Positions 1-9,962 are shown, counted from the stretch's first letter. The stretch is DNA of 64,000 nt from a virus (IMGVR_UViG_3300037189_026207:16742-80741); one strand, 5' to 3'. A program made the numbers and translations. Notes: a model not told the origin generated them from the sequence alone.

Positions 1-1
1 G

Positions 2-886
2 TCTTGGATTAATTGGCTTACGGCATTTTGCGCATACAGTGCCGGGATGTTTTTCACTAATGTGGATATTGAACGGCCCAATAATCGCGTCCAGGTCGTG
101 ATCGGACGACGGTATGTTCCATTTCCCGCACGAGTGACACGGGATAAACCATTCCGCCATGCTGCTCCGGCGGTATAGGCCCTCTAACGGGTTATCTATA
201 GATTTTGGCGTCCCGGTGAAATGCGTAATAGCGTAACGAGAATACGACATCGTTTCTTGTACGATCGGAATATGGTCCGGATCCATATCCTGAATTTCGT
301 CAAAGCAAACGCGATCTGCAGACACACCGCGGACACGATCTGCGTCCAGCAGCGCGAACGAGAACAACATAATCGATTTGTTCTTAAAACTACGCTGCAA
401 TACGTTATTTTCAGTATCAGTTCCCGACCACTGCGACTTAACAGGAGATTGATCAATAAACGAACGGACGTAATTGTTGCTAAAGCGACGGATCTGCTCG
501 TACAGCGGCGTAACGTATAGCGTCTTGAAAAACGGGATGCTATTCGACATCACGACGCCATGCGCGGCCAGGCTTGTCGACTTAGACAACTGTCGGCCTG
601 TTTTCCAGACTTGATTCTTCGGCATCAATAATCTGAAAAGTGGGCCGAACGGGTAATGATTTTTTAAAGTGTACGGCTTACCATTTAAATTTAAAACTAG
701 CGGCAGAATGGGTTCCAGAGATGGAAAACATTGTTGCGCAGCTAGCTCTTGCAGCAGACCAGCCCGACTATTAAGTGCTTTAGCGTCTGTCGCATCAATT
801 GACACCAATTCCCGAAGAAGTTTTTGAACGCCCTCGTTAGGCGTTTCAATTCCTCCTTCCGGCGGCAGGGCCGTTTCCTGCAACAT
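2..886 (-). CDS. terL: Terminase large subunit, GpA-like ATPase domain (5' part only; runs off the window start)
   Basis: Manual translation of the minus strand from ATG at 886 is open to the window edge: MLQETALPP...KTGRQLSKST (Walker A)...LYVTPLYEQIRRFS...DRVRGVSADRVCFDEIQD (Walker B)...FTGTPKSIDN (coupling motif)...SSMAEWFIPCHSCG...CAKC. It is absent from the ORF track because there is no stop in the window. Confidence 0.88.
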   Translation of the reverse strand, partial: MLQETALPPEGGIETPNEGVQKLLRELVSIDATDAKALNSRAGLLQELAAQQCFPSLEPILPLVLNLNGKPYTLKNHYPFGPLFRLLMPKNQVWKTGRQLSKSTSLAAHGVVMSNSIPFFKTLYVTPLYEQIRRFSNNYVRSFIDQSPVKSQWSGTDTENNVLQRSFKNKSIMLFSFALLDADRVRGVSADRVCFDEIQDMDPDHIPIVQETMSYSRYAITHFTGTPKSIDNPLEGLYRRSSMAEWFIPCHSCGKWNIPSSDHDLDAIIGPFNIHISEKHPGTVCAKCRKPINPR

Positions 887-897
887 AAAGGTGCCCT

Positions 898-1081
898 TTT
901 GGGTAAATATGAAAATGGGCGTTATTCGCCCGGACAAAATGACGGTGAACTGCAGTGGCTAGAAGACGGTATTGGTTTATTGTTTACCGTAGCGTTTTCT
1001 AGCATTGTGTTGCTTATTACTGGTGTTGTCAGCATTGTAGCGGGTATTTTCTCGCTCATCACCGGAAACGATTACGACTAA
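898..1081 (+). CDS. Small membrane protein (start uncertain)
   Basis: Hydrophobic stretch GIGLLFTVAFSSIVLLITGVVSIVAGIFSLI; divergent from terL. Confidence 0.45.
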
Positions 1082-1145
1082 CAATCGTGCCGGGGCGAGT
1101 ATACTGGGGAGTAGCTTGCCCCGGCCTTATTTTATTGAGGAAAAA

Positions 1146-1370
1146 ATGCCAAACATAAGTAAAAGCGCTAAATTATATCAAGAACGGCGCCAGCCCGATA
1201 TTCGAAAAACATGGCGGGGTCCTGGTCCGTATCTAAACTTAAAAGATAATCTGGCGCTCAATTTAAAACTACAGCCGCCACTTCCAATTCCGGAAACGCA
1301 AATAAATCCGGCCGCTCCTGATAACACAAAGACAGAAGTTTGGCCATTTGGAGATTTGTACGCACCATAA
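1146..1370 (+). CDS. Hypothetical protein
   Basis: ATG after a GAGGA-like SD; stop overlaps the next start. Confidence 0.5.
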   Translation: MPNISKSAKLYQERRQPDIRKTWRGPGPYLNLKDNLALNLKLQPPLPIPETQINPAAPDNTKTEVWPFGDLYAP

Positions 1371-1540
1371 TGAAAGCTCAACCGACAGAAACTTTTGTTG
1401 GCTTTGGCAGTTTAATTTTCGGCGCGGCGTTGTTGGCTACGCCTGTGCTTGGCGCTCAAGGTTTTATTGGCGCTATCGTGACCATGTATTTTTGCTTGGT
1501 ATTCTTAAACGGAGCCTCTGGCGGAAAACGACGTGGCTAA
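1370..1540 (+). CDS. Small two-TM membrane protein
   Basis: Two hydrophobic segments; TAATG coupling to the upstream ORF. Confidence 0.5.
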   Translation: MKAQPTETFVGFGSLIFGAALLATPVLGAQGFIGAIVTMYFCLVFLNGASGGKRRG

Positions 1541-1889
1541 CGCACTAGATTTCATCGCGATTGTATTTGCTACCGGCGCTATTATTGATGTGTGGCATAA
1601 CGGCAGTATATTTGCCACAGCGCGCGCTATCGTGCAGGCGAAACAAGATGTCGCCCGTGATGGCTCGTTTATGCTTTTGTGGACAGAACTTCTAACCTGC
1701 CCATTCTGCAAGAGTTATCATATCCCAATTTATCTGTACGTTGCGCTCTTGTCAGCAGACTGGCTCGGGGGTATCGTAGCCGTGGGCGTCAGGGTTGTAA
1801 TCTACGGCCTCGCGGCGACCAGGGTTAGCAATATTGTTGACGGCCTTTTACCAAAAGAAATGAGATATGACAGAGAACGAATTATCTGA
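1533..1889 (+). CDS. DUF1360-like membrane protein
   Basis: ELLTCPFC motif between hydrophobic helices. Confidence 0.55.
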   Translation: MANALDFIAIVFATGAIIDVWHNGSIFATARAIVQAKQDVARDGSFMLLWTELLTCPFCKSYHIPIYLYVALLSADWLGGIVAVGVRVVIYGLAATRVSNIVDGLLPKEMRYDRERII

Positions 1890-2292
1890 CGAATCCAACA
1901 AGGCTCAGCCGGCCCCGGTTATTGAATCTAATGATCCGGCTTGCGATTTGCGGTTTTTCGGCGCTGCTAATAAATTTGCCGAAGAGATGATCAAAAAAAT
2001 TCCGGAACTGCACGGCGTGGCGGTAATTCCGATGTGGACGCCGCAGCTTAAGGACGTGCCTAACGGATTACTGCGGTTACGCAACGAAACGCCGCCGTAT
2101 ATCGCGGCACTACTGCAAATGTCCGGAAATGTCGTGGCATTTAATATTGATGTGCAGCGCGACATGCTGCACCAAATGCGCGCGTTTGATCAGATGGCTA
2201 AAGATATTGCCACAGAAGTAAAAAATAAAGTCGACGAGTTAACGGCGCTGAACGAAAAAATTGCAAATAGCAAGGAGCAAAAAGCGCAATAA
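1867..2292 (+). CDS. Hypothetical protein with C-terminal coiled coil
   Basis: Operon-packed ORF. Confidence 0.6.
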   Translation: MTENELSDESNKAQPAPVIESNDPACDLRFFGAANKFAEEMIKKIPELHGVAVIPMWTPQLKDVPNGLLRLRNETPPYIAALLQMSGNVVAFNIDVQRDMLHQMRAFDQMAKDIATEVKNKVDELTALNEKIANSKEQKAQ

Positions 2293-2558
2293 TGCCGACG
2301 CTAACAGAAGATCAAATTCTTGTAGATAAACTGCGTAAAAGATACGAAGGTTTGTCCGAAAAAGACGCTAGAGCCGATCTTCACGCAAAGTACGCTGAAA
2401 CTTGGAACGAACAAGAACTAGCCGCCGAGTTTGATGTGCTGGCGATAGACGGACCAACTGTCCAAGTAGTCCGAAAAGTCGATAGGCAAGCGGGAACTGT
2501 CGGATATATTGAGAAGCCGCGGGTGTACTTTGCCTTCGTGGGGTGTGATGATGAATGA
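2292..2558 (+). CDS. Hypothetical phage protein
   Basis: Operon-packed ORF; TAATG overlap. Confidence 0.6.
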   Translation: MPTLTEDQILVDKLRKRYEGLSEKDARADLHAKYAETWNEQELAAEFDVLAIDGPTVQVVRKVDRQAGTVGYIEKPRVYFAFVGCDDE

Positions 2559-2991
2559 ATACAAAAAATTTGGTACCGGAGCAGTGCGCAGTAACGATCG
2601 CGAAACTGTCCGATACGACTTGATTTCGCCCATTGGATTGCGCGCCCTGGCCGAAACATACGCAGAGGGAGCCGAGAAGTTTGGCGCAAATAACTGGGAA
2701 AACGGCATGCCGGTTACGGACATCATAAACCACGTATTAGCGCACATCTACGATTTTTTAGGGGGGTGCCGGAAAGAGCCGCACCTCGCTCACGCCGCCT
2801 GGGGATTATTAGCGGCAATACACTCGCTTGAGCAGTGGCCGGAACTGAATACAGCCACGCTCCGCGGCCCAAACTGCACGTGCCCGCCCGCTGCGCAGAA
2901 ACCCGCAGCCGCAGCCGCGGCGGCCGCAGCAGACGGGCAACTCGATACTCTACGGCAAAAATATGCCGCGCCGACGAATGGAAATTCGTAA
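2551..2991 (+). CDS. dATP/dGTP diphosphohydrolase-domain (DUF5664-like) protein
   Basis: FGTGAVR...RYDLISP...LAETYAEGAEKFGANNWENG...HLAHAAW motif pattern. Confidence 0.8.
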   Translation: MNEYKKFGTGAVRSNDRETVRYDLISPIGLRALAETYAEGAEKFGANNWENGMPVTDIINHVLAHIYDFLGGCRKEPHLAHAAWGLLAAIHSLEQWPELNTATLRGPNCTCPPAAQKPAAAAAAAAADGQLDTLRQKYAAPTNGNS

Positions 2992-3077
2992 ACGGCTGTT
3001 CAGCTATTGAAACTTTTATTGCGGTGACCTATCTTTCAATGACCGCCACGAACCGGCGGCCACCCAAGGAGCTAGAC

Positions 3078-3857
3078 ATGTCCGTCTCGACAGGTACGTC
3101 TGCAGAGAATTTTTGGGACGACGGCCTTGAAGAAGAAGCAGAGTGCGAAAAGTTTCTGCAAGAGCAGAAAACAAAAGTTATTGAATACGAAGAAGAAGAG
3201 ACCAGCGCAGAACTCGCTGGTGACGACGAAGACGAAGACGAAGAGTACGAAGAAGACGAAGAAGAAGAAGATGTCGATGATGATATTGAGGACGCTGCGG
3301 ACGTAGAAGAAGAAGAAGACGACGACGTTGAGTTGCCGGAAACGGACCACGCCGCAGAAGAAGAGGATAGTGAAACGGAAAATGATCCGGTTGCTGACGC
3401 CGAAGATGCAGATGCAACCAAATCTGTGAAAGGAAAGAAGATGGCTAAGCCGAAGACACGGACTGGCGGTAAGACGAAGGCCGAAGCGATTCGCGAAGTA
3501 ATTGACCGGCGCAAGCGAGCCGGCGAGTCGCTGCGTCCGCGAGATATTATTGAAGAGCTGACCGATAACGGGTTTGCTGTTAATGCGTCGCAGGTTAGCG
3601 TCACGTTGCGCAGCATGGGCGTGCCTCCGGCGCCGAAGGGTCGGATCAAAGGCACCAAGATTAAGCCCGCGACTCCTGGCGCTGAGCCCAAGAGTCGTAT
3701 GGCGCTGAAGACGGGCGTTGGCGAAAAGCCAGCGCACAACGGCAAGCCGGCCGACGCGGCTAACATGGTAGACATGGCCGTTGAGTTTCTAAAGGCCGCA
3801 GGCGGTCACGACAAGGCCGTCGAACTGCTCGACTCGATTGCGCGCTTTGCTCGCTGA
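3078..3857 (+). CDS. Protein with very acidic N-terminus and basic, putative DNA-binding C-terminal domain
   Basis: AAGGAG SD before ATG 3078; D/E-rich tract; then KTKAEAIREVI...RPRDIIEELTDNGFAVNASQVSVTL helical domain. Confidence 0.7.
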   Translation: MSVSTGTSAENFWDDGLEEEAECEKFLQEQKTKVIEYEEEETSAELAGDDEDEDEEYEEDEEEEDVDDDIEDAADVEEEEDDDVELPETDHAAEEEDSETENDPVADAEDADATKSVKGKKMAKPKTRTGGKTKAEAIREVIDRRKRAGESLRPRDIIEELTDNGFAVNASQVSVTLRSMGVPPAPKGRIKGTKIKPATPGAEPKSRMALKTGVGEKPAHNGKPADAANMVDMAVEFLKAAGGHDKAVELLDSIARFAR

Positions 3858-3885
3858 TCGATAGTCGAGTTTCGTGGATTGCGCT

Positions 3886-3930
3886 ACCCGGCGCGGGCTT
3901 GGTCGAAAGGCTGGCCCGCGCCGGGTTTTT
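3886..3930 (+). terminator. Intrinsic terminator
   Basis: ACCCGGCGCGGGC...GAAA...GCCCGCGCCGGGT stem followed by a T run. Confidence 0.75.
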
Positions 3931-4103
3931 GCGTTTGTAGCCGAAAAATCGCGGTGGCTTGACGCGGCGACAGAAATTCGGCATCACAGAAGAAACGGGC
4001 CAAGCTGACTGGTGGCCTAACCAATCAATGTCCGCGCGATGAGCGCGCCACAAATTTAATACAAATCATCGGTTTAAACTTTTTCTACAAACAGAAAGCT
4101 GTT

Positions 4104-5651
4104 ATGTACCTTTACTTGTTGAAGCACTCGGCCGGCGATGGTTATACGGTTGTTGGTCTGGCGCCCTCTAGCCGCGGCCGGGCCCCAAAGAATCATCACG
4201 CGCATGAATTTACTACTAAGTCCGGCGTGGAATTTAGTGGTTATTTTGCCGGAGTATCGAAGGATACGATTGATGCGGCAAGCAGCTGCGCTGAAATGAA
4301 GCAAGCGGTTGTCGACGGGGCCGGCACGCCAATCGCTCCTGACCCGGAGCAAATGACGATTGCCTGGGCGGCTGGAATGCACAGTGTTTTTAAGGCCATT
4401 ATTCCGACTGCGCCGCCGACAATGCAGCGCCAAATGGAGAGTGTGGTCGCGGCGCTAGACAAGATCTTCGACCCGAGTCGGTCTGGCGACACGGTTACCG
4501 AAGAAGAGCGTAATGAAATTGAAGAAATTATCGCGAATAATAAGAAGTTGTGCAACGTCGCGCTGGGCACGCTAGGCGCCAGCTGGACGAGCAAGAACGG
4601 GCTGACGTTCGATGCCGTCGAGCGGGTGGCTAAGAAGCGCGGAGCGACCAGTAAGGACGAAGGCAGCAGCCCAGCGCCCGCAAATGAGCCCAAGGCTAGC
4701 GCCTTCGGGTTTGAGCGGCTGAGCGGCGAAAAGCCTGAATTGAAGATTGTTGATCCGGCCGCGGAGCCGCAAACGACTGAGGCCAGCGGCGTGTTTATGC
4801 CAAAACCGGATTCGACTTATATCATCAATGAAAATACCGAAAATCTGTTTAAGATCTTAAATGTATCGCGACGGCACGGGCCACAAAATGTTAATTTGGT
4901 CGGGCCGCACGGTTGCGGCAAGACCGAATTGGCTATTCAATTTTCGGCCGCGGCAGAATCGCCGATGCTGATTATGGACTGCGCAAATTTGCGTGAGGCG
5001 CGTGACTGGTTCGGCTACAAGACGGCTCGTGAGGGCACAGTTTACTGGCACGAATCGCAATTTGTTCGTGCGGTCGAGGCTGGCGGTCACGTAATTCTGC
5101 TTGACGAGCTAAATCGCGCAAATCCTCATATTCTCAATACGCTAATGCCGCTGCTGGACGGCCGCCGGTTTACGTATCTCGAGGAGAAGGGCGATAAAAT
5201 TTGTGTCGGGCCGGGTACGGTATTCTTCGCCACGATGAACGAGGGCGCCGGATACACAGGCACGACCACTATTGACCGAGCTCTCCGCGACCGCTTCCCC
5301 CGGCGCTTGGAGCTCACGTATCTCTCCGAAAAGGACGAGATCAAGCTGCTGGTCAATCGAATTGGAATTGAAAAGGATATTGCGACGCTGCTGGTGCAGA
5401 TGGCCAACAAGATTCGCCAGGATTCCAGCGGATTGTCTGCGTCGCTAACTGAAAGTGTCTCTACTCGACAGCTGCTGGCTGCCGCGTACGACTTTGTGAT
5501 CGGTGGCGTGGAGACGCTACAGTTTACGATCAGCAATCACTTCTCACCCGACGGCGACGACGATTCGGAGCGCGTCAAGGTGCAGAATATTATTCAGGGC
5601 AAGTTTGGTCATTTACTGGCCGCGAAGGCGGACAAGAAGAAGGGAGCATAA
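4104..5651 (+). CDS. MoxR/CbbQ/CobS-family AAA+ ATPase with N-terminal extension
   Basis: GPHGCGKT Walker A, ILLDELNRA Walker B, FATMN sensor, DRALRDRF arginine finger, STRQL sensor II. Confidence 0.9.
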   Translation: MYLYLLKHSAGDGYTVVGLAPSSRGRAPKNHHAHEFTTKSGVEFSGYFAGVSKDTIDAASSCAEMKQAVVDGAGTPIAPDPEQMTIAWAAGMHSVFKAIIPTAPPTMQRQMESVVAALDKIFDPSRSGDTVTEEERNEIEEIIANNKKLCNVALGTLGASWTSKNGLTFDAVERVAKKRGATSKDEGSSPAPANEPKASAFGFERLSGEKPELKIVDPAAEPQTTEASGVFMPKPDSTYIINENTENLFKILNVSRRHGPQNVNLVGPHGCGKTELAIQFSAAAESPMLIMDCANLREARDWFGYKTAREGTVYWHESQFVRAVEAGGHVILLDELNRANPHILNTLMPLLDGRRFTYLEEKGDKICVGPGTVFFATMNEGAGYTGTTTIDRALRDRFPRRLELTYLSEKDEIKLLVNRIGIEKDIATLLVQMANKIRQDSSGLSASLTESVSTRQLLAAAYDFVIGGVETLQFTISNHFSPDGDDDSERVKVQNIIQGKFGHLLAAKADKKKGA

Positions 5652-5654
5652 CTT

Positions 5655-8600
5655 ATGGGTTGGGCTTGGAGATCATCTGAGTCGTACGGCGACAAGGACG
5701 AGCCTGCTGAAAAGCCCGAAACTGATAGCCCCGGCGCTAAGGAGCCCGAGGCATCGGGGTCGGAAAAGAAAAAGAGTTGGTGGGATCAATTCCACGATAA
5801 TTCGACAGAAGACGATTATTCTTCTGACTGGCGCGGATATCAGGGACCGGCATCAGACGCCGAACGCTATTCATACGGCGGCGCAATCGATGATTCTGAT
5901 TCTCAGTGGTACCGTAAAAGCAGCTTTAAATACAGTAAGTACAAAGACTACTCTCCGAGCAGTCTGTTTCGCAGCGCATTCTATTCGCCGCGGCTGTCTT
6001 ACGGCGGTCTTTCGTCGGGTGAGAATGAAGCTAAAAATAAAGCAATTCGGGCACTGCGTACGCTTAGTCGTAATGCCAACACGATTTGCGATAAAAACGC
6101 AAAAATTTCTTATGCCGTGCAATACAGCACCGGCGTTGACGCAAACACCTTTTCTGAAAATTTAATTGACGGAAAGGCTGTTAAGACAATTTATGTGTCT
6201 CCGGACAGCGTAGTTAACGCAGAAACTACGGAAGACGAAGACGCAGCGGTTGACGCGTTGACCGGTTTCGTTTTGCTCCGCGTTCAAATTGCGCAAGATT
6301 TTAATGCTCGCGTGATTAACGAGGTAAACGCGACTGCGCTGCGGTCATTGCCGACTAAATTGCTTAACGTAATTAAAGATGAAAATGCGACTGCCGGGCC
6401 ACTGGCGGCAACCTATGTAGACGAGTGCCTTTCCGGCATGTTGTCGAAGGGCCTGCTGACGCGACTTGCCCGGCGGCATGTCGTGAAGGACTGGGGCGGC
6501 TTTGCGCCGTACTTTGTCCGACACGCTAAGAAATTTACGGGAGTACGAGAAAAGCTGGAAGCGACAGAACTGTCCGTCGAAGGCTTGGTCGGCAAACTCA
6601 CCTACAATTTGGTCGACGACGAGAATCCGTTTGATCTTGGCGAAGAAGTCGAGCGTATTGTTGCGGAGCACCTCGGTGAAGAGGTTGCGCCGGAGAATAT
6701 TCTCATGACGTGTTTTACGCTCGTACTCAAATTGCGCGATTATGTCCGGCGCAAGCTGGCAGAAACCGCGGAGAGCCGGACGGAGGCCGGACCAATTGAA
6801 AATGAACTGCGCGATATGCTGGAAGAGTTTATCGAGCAGCACGGCAAAAGCGCAGCGGCGAAAAAGGCCGAAAGCGACGCCGCAAAAAATATGTTAACTG
6901 CGTTAGCCGAGCTTATGGGCGAACAGTTTCTGCACCAACAGCAGCAACGCGAAAGTACCGCCCCAGTCGACGTCCATTCTAGTTATCCTCAAATTCAAAA
7001 TGAGCTGGTCGCTCTGTCGCATATGGAGCAGCTGTTAAATGCGTTAAAGGATATGGATAAAACGCTTAAAAGTCACGCAGAGCTGCTGCATAACGCGAAA
7101 GACAATCCGAGTGATTTAGCGTTTCACGCGGCAAGGGCGTCATATGAGCAAACAAATATTGTAGCTAAGTTTACGCACTTTAATATTGCGCGTAATGAAT
7201 TCAAGCGGCGTGGGGCTGAAAATAATTTTGACCCACAAAAATACTGCACGGCAGATACGGCTAAAGTTACAGAAAAAATTGCGGAAGAAACCGCCGCGCT
7301 TGAAAAGCTAATCGAAGAGTACCAGCAGACGCTGAAAGACTCGATGGGGGCGCTCAAAGAGCAAATTGCCGGCCTGGCAAAAACTCAGGCCGAAAAAATG
7401 GCGGCGGCAAAAAGCGCGGCAGAAGAATTTGTAAAAACAGCAACTGAAGCCGGACATGAAATTCAAAAAATGCATGAAGAGTCCGGCAAAATTTCGTCGC
7501 TTGGCCAGATTGTACGCGAAACAAACAATCTAGTAGCTCGCATTAAAAATAGATACGAAGACACCGCGGAGCATATCAATCGCGGCATCGAGTTGATCGA
7601 GAATTGTCGTACCATCAAAACATTGAAAACCCAGCATGACAAATTATTAAGCAATGCGGATCTTAGCTTTACAGCTGATTTGCGCTCGGATTGGCAGTAC
7701 AATTGCTCGACTACGGCGATGTCGCATTTTGCGCAAACAGGCGTAGCAGCGCTGGATAATTTGAATTACGAAGCCCGCGAGAAGGGCAATCTAGACGACT
7801 TGCCAAAACAAGTGCGAGAAAGTCGGTGGCACGAGAGCGCTATCAGAAAATTCTTGTCGCAACTCAATAGTCCCGACGCCGGTTTTGAGGCGCAGGCGCT
7901 GGCACAAACTTATGCCGAAGCGTTTGAGCAACTTGAAAAGATCTGTGAAAATAATGGCGGAAAATCTGTGCCCAGAAATTTTGACGACATTGAAAATGAA
8001 GACCTGAAGAAAAAATTAGAAACACTGGCCAATAGTTTGGGCTTTAGTGATGAGCAGTCAATGCTCGATGTATTTAACGACGCTGAAGAGCTCCCAGAGT
8101 CTACGATGGCCGAAGCCGGCAAAGAAATTGGGCAAAAGATTTGCAAAATTTTACCGCTCTTTGACGAGCTAAACTCGACTGACAACGAGTTGTTTGGCGA
8201 AGTGGTCGGCGTGAAGACTAATGTGCTTGCTGACTCGACGAAGCAGGTAAATGATGAGGCCCGTAATGATCCGGAAGAGGATTACGTGGCGTACCTCAGT
8301 CATTCCGAAGCTAAGCCGGTTGTACACATTTCGCGGCCAAAAATTAATGTGTATGCAAAAAGAGAAGCGGACGCGTCGAAAAAGCGGATGCGCAATGTGA
8401 TTACCCGAATCCACGAAGCTTTGCAGTTTCACAACACAAAGCGGACGGGCGATATCTACGGCGCAAGCTCCGGCGATCTCGATGAGGGCGGCCTACACAA
8501 ATTGAGCTACGACTGCGAACATATTTGGACACAAAAGACGATCGCGCAGATTCCGGACGTGGCAGTCGGAATTCTCGTGGACCAGTCTGGCAGTATGAGC

Positions 8601-9170
8601 GGTGGCAAAAAGATATTTGAAGCGCGCGAAATGTGCATTGCGTTGGCTGAGGCAATCAAAAAGATTCCCGGCATTCATTTGCATATTTACGGCCACACTG
8701 CAAATACTAAAAATATGTCCGACCTGACATTGTTCGAGCACTATAGTTCTATGTCAGATACGGGAGTCGCAGCTGCAAATCTGGGAAGCCTGGGCGGCAT
8801 CGATGCGATTTCGAATAATTACGATGGTTATGCGATCAAGGAAACGGCCAAGCTGCTTTCACGAGATCCGGCCAAGCGAAAATATCTATTTGTAATTGCT
8901 GACGGGCTTCCGCACGGCGAAGGCTATTGCGGGCCAGAAGCAGAAAAGCACGTAACCAGCGTTTGTAAGTTTGTACGAGAGCGCTTAAAAATCGCGACGT
9001 ATGCGTTTGCAGTGGGTGTGACTGGATCACACCAAGCCAAGTTTGTGTCACAGTACGGTAGGGATAACGTAATGTTCCTCACCAATGTGACCGCTTGTCT
9101 TCCGCAAATTACTCGATTTTTGCGGAACACTATTCAAAAAGAAAAGACGCTCGTCGAGATTGGATCTTAA
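5655..9170 (+). CDS. Large vWA-domain protein (CobT/NorD-like partner of the AAA+) with long coiled-coil insertion
   Basis: C-terminal SGDLD...VDQSGSM (MIDAS DxSxS), NYDG, VIADGLP; directly downstream of the MoxR ATPase. Confidence 0.85.
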   Translation: MGWAWRSSESYGDKDEPAEKPETDSPGAKEPEASGSEKKKSWWDQFHDNSTEDDYSSDWRGYQGPASDAERYSYGGAIDDSDSQWYRKSSFKYSKYKDYSPSSLFRSAFYSPRLSYGGLSSGENEAKNKAIRALRTLSRNANTICDKNAKISYAVQYSTGVDANTFSENLIDGKAVKTIYVSPDSVVNAETTEDEDAAVDALTGFVLLRVQIAQDFNARVINEVNATALRSLPTKLLNVIKDENATAGPLAATYVDECLSGMLSKGLLTRLARRHVVKDWGGFAPYFVRHAKKFTGVREKLEATELSVEGLVGKLTYNLVDDENPFDLGEEVERIVAEHLGEEVAPENILMTCFTLVLKLRDYVRRKLAETAESRTEAGPIENELRDMLEEFIEQHGKSAAAKKAESDAAKNMLTALAELMGEQFLHQQQQRESTAPVDVHSSYPQIQNELVALSHMEQLLNALKDMDKTLKSHAELLHNAKDNPSDLAFHAARASYEQTNIVAKFTHFNIARNEFKRRGAENNFDPQKYCTADTAKVTEKIAEETAALEKLIEEYQQTLKDSMGALKEQIAGLAKTQAEKMAAAKSAAEEFVKTATEAGHEIQKMHEESGKISSLGQIVRETNNLVARIKNRYEDTAEHINRGIELIENCRTIKTLKTQHDKLLSNADLSFTADLRSDWQYNCSTTAMSHFAQTGVAALDNLNYEAREKGNLDDLPKQVRESRWHESAIRKFLSQLNSPDAGFEAQALAQTYAEAFEQLEKICENNGGKSVPRNFDDIENEDLKKKLETLANSLGFSDEQSMLDVFNDAEELPESTMAEAGKEIGQKICKILPLFDELNSTDNELFGEVVGVKTNVLADSTKQVNDEARNDPEEDYVAYLSHSEAKPVVHISRPKINVYAKREADASKKRMRNVITRIHEALQFHNTKRTGDIYGASSGDLDEGGLHKLSYDCEHIWTQKTIAQIPDVAVGILVDQSGSMSGGKKIFEAREMCIALAEAIKKIPGIHLHIYGHTANTKNMSDLTLFEHYSSMSDTGVAAANLGSLGGIDAISNNYDGYAIKETAKLLSRDPAKRKYLFVIADGLPHGEGYCGPEAEKHVTSVCKFVRERLKIATYAFAVGVTGSHQAKFVSQYGRDNVMFLTNVTACLPQITRFLRNTIQKEKTLVEIGS

Positions 9171-9175
9171 TTGTG

Positions 9176-9209
9176 GCGGGGCGGGCCGGGTAAAACCAGC
9201 CCGCTCCGC
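9176..9209 (+). terminator. GC-rich hairpin after the vWA gene (terminator or processing site)
   Basis: GCGGGGCGGGC / GCCCGCTCCGC inverted repeat; weak U-tract. Confidence 0.45.
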
Positions 9210-9245
9210 ACCAGTTTACAAGCACTCTAGTTCAAGGAGAACGCG

Positions 9246-9653
9246 ATGGGTTGGTGGCGAATTTCAGGGCCAAGTGGGCATATTAATTGGTCTGCCGGGT
9301 ACAACGGCGAAAATGCTACGTTGTTCAACTGCATCCCGGGGCGCGACGACCCAATGCAGATGTATAGCGGAGATGAACCCGCAGACATTCTAGATGCGGC
9401 AGTTAAGCAAATTGAGGCAGAGCTGCATGACGATGCGTATCGCGCTGCCGTACGAGCGGTATTTCTTAGGCAGCCGGGAGCGCACAAAGAGCATGAAGAA
9501 ATTCCGGCCGCTACAAAAGAAATGCTAAAGAATGCAAAAAAACAAATTGAAGATGTTTATCAACGCGAATGGAATCGCGCACCTACGCCGGCAGAATTAT
9601 CGGCAGTGTTTGAGTTTTGTACGAGTTTTCTCAAGTTTGACCGGTCTCAATAA
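9246..9653 (+). CDS. Hypothetical protein
   Basis: AAGGAG SD; MGWW...GDEPAD motif. Confidence 0.65.
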   Translation: MGWWRISGPSGHINWSAGYNGENATLFNCIPGRDDPMQMYSGDEPADILDAAVKQIEAELHDDAYRAAVRAVFLRQPGAHKEHEEIPAATKEMLKNAKKQIEDVYQREWNRAPTPAELSAVFEFCTSFLKFDRSQ

Positions 9654-9668
9654 CTTCAAGGAGTTACC

Positions 9669-9962
9669 ATGAAGAAGTTTGTTTTTGCTTCCATTTTCGC
9701 CCTGTCGGCTTTTACCTGCTCGGCGGCAGAGACGAGTGTTGTAAATCACGGCGAGAACGCGCCTGCTGCTGTCACAGCTGTAGCAGACGCTGCTCCGGCG
9801 CCTGTAGCGGTTGAGGGAACTTGCTGCGAGACTAAGCATCATCGTCGCCACGGGGTCGTGCGGCGGGCTGCGCGTCGAACGGTTGGTGCCTGCCGCGCTG
9901 TCGGCCGGGCGGTCGTGAGGCCGTTCGGGCGGGTGTTCGGTAGCCGCAGCTGCTGCCGGTGA
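9669..9962 (+). CDS. Small secreted protein with Cys/Arg-rich C-terminus
   Basis: AAGGAG SD, signal peptide MKKFVFASIFALSAFTCSA, tail ...RRVV-like Arg-rich segment ending GSRSCCR. Confidence 0.7.
   Translation: MKKFVFASIFALSAFTCSAAETSVVNHGENAPAAVTAVADAAPAPVAVEGTCCETKHHRRHGVVRRAARRTVGACRAVGRAVVRPFGRVFGSRSCCR

Noticed and set aside
196-520. ORF-track calls 196..456 (-) and 221..520 (+)
   Set aside because: Shadow ORFs overlapping the terminase frame.
3029-3775. Long Ser-rich and Phe-rich minus-strand ORFs
   Set aside because: Antisense artefacts of the GAA/GAC-rich acidic tract; the same applies to most minus-strand ORFs in the track.
9174-9195. GGC-NN-like periodicity (GGCGGGGCGGGCCGGGT)
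   Set aside because: Irregular, only about four units, and fully explained as one arm of a hairpin.
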